64,000 bases of DNA, taken from contig CM059432.1 in assembly GCA_030390025.1 (NCBI GenBank), positions 27,220,001 to 27,284,000 on the forward strand. The letters are read 5' to 3'. Shown here in pieces: positions 59,910-64,000 of this stretch. Positions within the stretch are counted from its first letter, which is position 1; every line of letters starts with the position of its first letter. The notes below the pieces were generated by a model. It ran no database searches and was not told the DNA's origin. It worked only from the letters and a program-made list of their open reading frames with translations. Made by a program: the position numbers and the translations under genes. Source of the stretch: Squalus acanthias (Eukaryota).

Positions 59910-61659
59910 TGTAAGGGATTCCCTGACCCTGCGTGTCTCGTAGCCTGTGAGATTCACGCGGCTCTGTGCAGCCTGTATGTCAGTGCGGGTCTAGGCCTGG
60001 TTGCCTGTTCTGGTCTCCAGCCAGTCTGGGAACACTAGACACACCTGTGAGTGGTTCGAATCACTCTCCCTTACGGTTCTAGACACTGGACTTAGATGCG
60101 AGAGCAGTAATGGAGATAAAACTCATGTAGACTTGGTTTGAATGGTACGAAATGGAAAATCTTTATTGCATGATACTTAAAATTATGAAATACATGTCAT
60201 AAGCACAGATTAATGACAGTACAATCTTACAAACAGTTATATAGTCGATCTTAGGGAAACGAGGAACGAACGGCACAACGTAAATAGGGGCACACATTAC
60301 AAATATCCTTAATCTTTAAACCCTCCCCTATCAATATCTATCCTAAACTAGCTTCGTAGGATCTCGAGACTCATGCTCACCACTCGTGATAACTCGGAGA
60401 AATTCCGAATAGCTGATCGGATGTCTTTCACCGCAGCACCCACGTGTCGGTCAGGAGATCTCCTGGTCCCACTTGTTTACTTGCTTCTGCTGCTTCGGCT
60501 AGTAGGCTGGACCGTCTGCTGTGATGAAGACCTGTGTTGGCTGGTTTAACAGGTACTCTTGGAGCACCGTTGTCAATATCATTGATACGATGTGTTTTCA
60601 CGTTCCAACCTCCTTAGACACAGTCCCGTTATCGTCGATGCAATATGTTTTGTTAGAAGTTTTAAAGAAGAAAACTTCCTGGCGAGGAAAACTTGGCTGA
60701 TCGACCTACAGGCGCGGTCGGGATTTACTGACCGTGGCGATGGATATGGTCTTCTTCTCTTCTCCTCTCATCTCATCTCATCTCATCTCATCTCGGGCCT
60801 TTGGTTCCGCTGCCAGTTACCAACATAGGTCTTCGTTACGCGACACGAGGTAGATCCGTACGGATCAGAAAGTTCAACAGTCTTTTCAGAAGAGGCAACA
60901 GGCACGCAGAAGCCCAACTACGAGTACACAGGAGCAGCCACGAGGTTACGAATCGACCGGATAAAACACAGGAGCAAGCGAGCGAACGCAGGAGCAAGAA
61001 CAAGAGCACGAGGCAAGAGGCAAGAGAGCGAATGGACGGTTTGGAGCCTGCAATTATAGTGCAAAAATCTTCCGTTTCCCGCCCAACTATAATGTCCATT
61101 CTTTTGTTTAGGGTTTGGCGCCCAAATGTCTTGTATGGGTGATCTCCGTTCTTAATGGGTTTCGGGGCTACTCATGAATGTTTGAGTACCTGTTAATATT
61201 TCTCCCATTGTTAAATCGGTCGGTGTTCTCCCTGGAGGGGTTTGGGGCTTCCAAGTGTCATGTATAACTACCTGCTAACGGCTCTCTCATCGTAGAGTCG
61301 TTGGGAGTTTACATATTAATGTCCTTTGGATGGGCCCTTGATTACTCGGTACAATGGCTTTCCTTTGTACCTGGGAGACCGATTCCAGTATCTATGTTTA
61401 TACTGCAAACCCATAATGTCTCGTGTATTATCTTCACTGTGCTGAATCGTTATCGATCTTGCACAAATGTTTAATGGAACGCCATCTTGTCTGCCTGTTG
61501 AAAAGTCTAGAATGTTCTGTCACGAGGTGCGGCGGCCATTTTACAGGCTGCTTGTGTCCAATTTAAACCTGCCAGCATTCTGCTGAAATAAAAGCTGTTT
61601 GAACGAAACTTTGTGTTTTCTCCTTATTAATCAAATCGCGATATATTGCGAATTCTACA
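59910..61659 (-). repeat. 5' LTR (1750 bp)
   Basis: Direct repeat of 50132-51881; the only difference seen is C51730 versus T61508. Confidence 0.97.
61029..61125 (-). promoter_or_regulatory. Putative LTR core promoter
   Basis: TATAAT (61053-61058) 29 nt before a pyrimidine-rich GCTCTCTT start; CGGAAG (ETS-like) and TTTCCCGC / TTTGGCGC (E2F consensus) just upstream. Confidence 0.55.
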
Positions 61660-61663
61660 ACAG

Positions 61664-62970
61664 TGCTATCAAGCAGCACATACTCACCAATAACCTGCTC
61701 ACCGATGCTCAGTTTGGGTTCCGCCAGGACAACCTGGCTCCAGACCGGTCCAAACATGGACAAAGGAGCTGAATTCCAGAGGTGAGGTGAGAGTGACTGC
61801 CCTTGACATCAAGGGAGCATTTGACTGAGTGTGGCATCAAGGAGCCCTAGTAAAACTGAAGTCAATGAGAATCAAGGGGGAAAACTCTCCATTGGCTAGA
61901 GTCATACCTCGCACAAAGGAAGATGGTTGTGGTGATTGGAGGTCAATCATCTCAGCCCCAGGACATCACTGCAGGCGTTCCTCAGGGCAGTGTCCTAGGC
62001 CCAACCATCTTCAGCTGCTTCATCAATGACCTTCCCTCCATCATAAGGTCAGAAGTGGGGATGTTCACTGATGATTGCACAGTGTTCAGTGCCATTCACA
62101 ACTTCTCAGATAATGAAGCAGTCCATGCCCGCATGCAACAAGACCTGGATGACATTCAGGTTTGGGCTGATAAGTGGAAAGTAACATTCACACCACACAA
62201 GTGCCAGGCAATGATTATATCCAACAAGCAAGAGTCTAACCACCTCCCCTTGACATTCAACGGCATTACCATCGCCGAATCCCCCACCATCAACATCCTG
62301 GGGGTCACCATTAACCAGAAACTTAACTGGACCAGCCACATAAATACTGTGGCAACAAGAGCAGATCAGAGGCTAGGTATTCTGCGGTGACTGTCTCACC
62401 TCCTGACTCCCCAAAACCTTTCCACCATTTACAAGGCATAAGTCAGGAGTGTGATGGAATACTCTCCACTTGCCTGGATGAGTGCAGCTCCATCAACACT
62501 GAAGAAGCTTGACACCATCTATGACAAAGCAGCCCACTTGATTTGGCACCCCATCCACCACCTTAAACATTCACTCCTTCCACCACCAGCGTACAGTGGC
62601 TGCAGTGTGTACCATCGACAAGAGGCACTGCAGCAACTCACCAAGGCTTCTTCAGAAGCACCTCCCAAACCTGCAACCTCTAACACCTAGAAGGACAAGG
62701 GCAGCAGGCACATGGGAACACCATCACCTGCAAGTTCCCCTCCAAGTTACACACCATCCTGACTTGGAAGTATATCGCTGTTCCTTCATTGTCGCTGAGT
62801 CAAAATCATGGAACTCCCTGCCAAGCAGCACTGTGGGAGTACCATCACCACACGGACTGCAGCGGTTCAAGAAGGCGGCTCACTACCACCTTCTCAAGGG
62901 CAATTAGGGATGAGCATTAAATGCTGGTCTTGCCAGCGACGCCCACATCCCATGAACAAATTTTTAAAAA
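61664..62970 (+). mobile_element. CR1/Jockey-group LINE (second family), 5'-truncated, target of the ERV insertion
   Basis: ORF 61923-62390 GVPQGSVLGPTIFSCFINDL and FTDDC; same 3' end as 17233-18105. Confidence 0.88.
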
Positions 62971-63101
62971 TTCAATCACAAAACCAATCAAACATATTCA
63001 ACCCTTATATTTAGGTAAGACACAAAAGTCCCTCTATATACTTCAATAACTAATTAAGGGATGGAACCATCCAGTCCACAGGTAGCCTTTGTGTGCCTTT
63101 G

Positions 63102-64000
63102 GGGGTAAAAATTCAGTTGGTTGCGCCTCCCGTTAGCGCCTTAAGAGGGCGCTAATGGGGCGCAAAGCCGCTAACGCCCGGGCCCAGCGATGTTTGCACC
63201 GCTCGGGAACTTAACTAGAGATTGTGCGGCGGCGCTAAACCTTACCGCTGCGACCACCTGCGCGCGCAGATTGTGACGTCATTCCATGGTGCAACGCCCT
63301 TGTGGCGCCCCGGAGCGGAAATTGAGTGGCGCCCCCTGCCTTACCGCCTGGCGCATCCAACGACCGGAAGACTGGAACGCTATCAATCGCTGTGGGGCTG
63401 GGGGGGGCGCTATTTAAAGGGGGCCTCTTCCTGTCTTTTTCTGTGGTCGACATTTTTGCACCACTCGTTCTGAGAGAGAGAGAGAGATTCGGAGAGAGAG
63501 AAAGAGAGACTTCTGCATTGACTCAACGCTTTGTGAGGTAGTTTTGCCTACTGATCCTAACTTCGCTAGTACTTTAGTTGCTGTCCTTCATTACTTTGCT
63601 TGCAAAGAGAATATGGGGGCTGCACTGATTGGGGGCGTCGTCCTGCTCCAGCTGAATCGGAGGAGACAGAGACGCAGAGAGAGAGTGGCAATGATGGCCA
63701 GACGGAGGAGGGCCAACAGGCATATGTACAGGAGAGCTTACCCTCCCAGGGTATATCGTGAACAGCTCTCCTACATTCATATGTCTGAGGAGCTGTGTTT
63801 GCGAAGGCTGCGATTCAGCAAGGAGGTGGTCACTGAGCTCTGCCACCTGCTGCAGCCAGATCTGCAGCCTCAACTGAGGTCCAGGACGTCTCTGTCGGTG
63901 GCAGTGAAGGTCACAATGGCTCTCAACTTCTACGCTACTGGCTCATTTCAAGCTGCTGGTGGGGACCTCGCCAATATCTCCCAGTTCGTGGTGCATTGCT
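63102..64000 (+). mobile_element. Second Harbinger copy (opposite orientation), transposase from ATG 63613 running off the window
   Basis: TIR GGGGTAAAAATTCAGT; reverse-complement homologue of ~27950-28853. Confidence 0.92.

Larger units (their letters stand above)
50132..61659 (-). mobile_element. Young env-bearing endogenous retrovirus-like element (lokiretrovirus/spuma-related), 11528 bp
   Basis: Two 1750-bp TG...CA LTRs; ACAG TSD at 50128-50131 and 61660-61663; PBS, PPT, gag-pol and env-like ORFs. Confidence 0.97.

Overview
Repeat-saturated vertebrate DNA with no host exon I can support. The mix of CR1, L2, RTE, Penelope and Harbinger families suggests a cartilaginous fish (inference). 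The main feature is a very young 11.5-kb endogenous retrovirus-like element on the minus strand (50132-61659). It has two 1750-bp LTRs (one mismatch seen by eye), an ACAG target-site duplication (TSD) and an 18-nt tRNA-Arg primer-binding site (PBS). A single 1645-aa Gag-Pol ORF carries retrovirus-type RT, tether, RNase H and integrase, but no recognisable capsid, nucleocapsid or protease. Its envelope locus joins a signal peptide and an immunoglobulin-like domain to an F-protein-like class I fusogen (lokiretrovirus-like), split at a T7 run. The window also holds a near-complete two-gene PIF/Harbinger transposon (24175-28853), a second copy running off the right end, several Harbinger MITEs and decayed copies, Penelope fragments with hammerhead-ribozyme motifs, and many nested LINE fragments. 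LINE boundaries are approximate. Family assignments come from motif recognition, not database searches.
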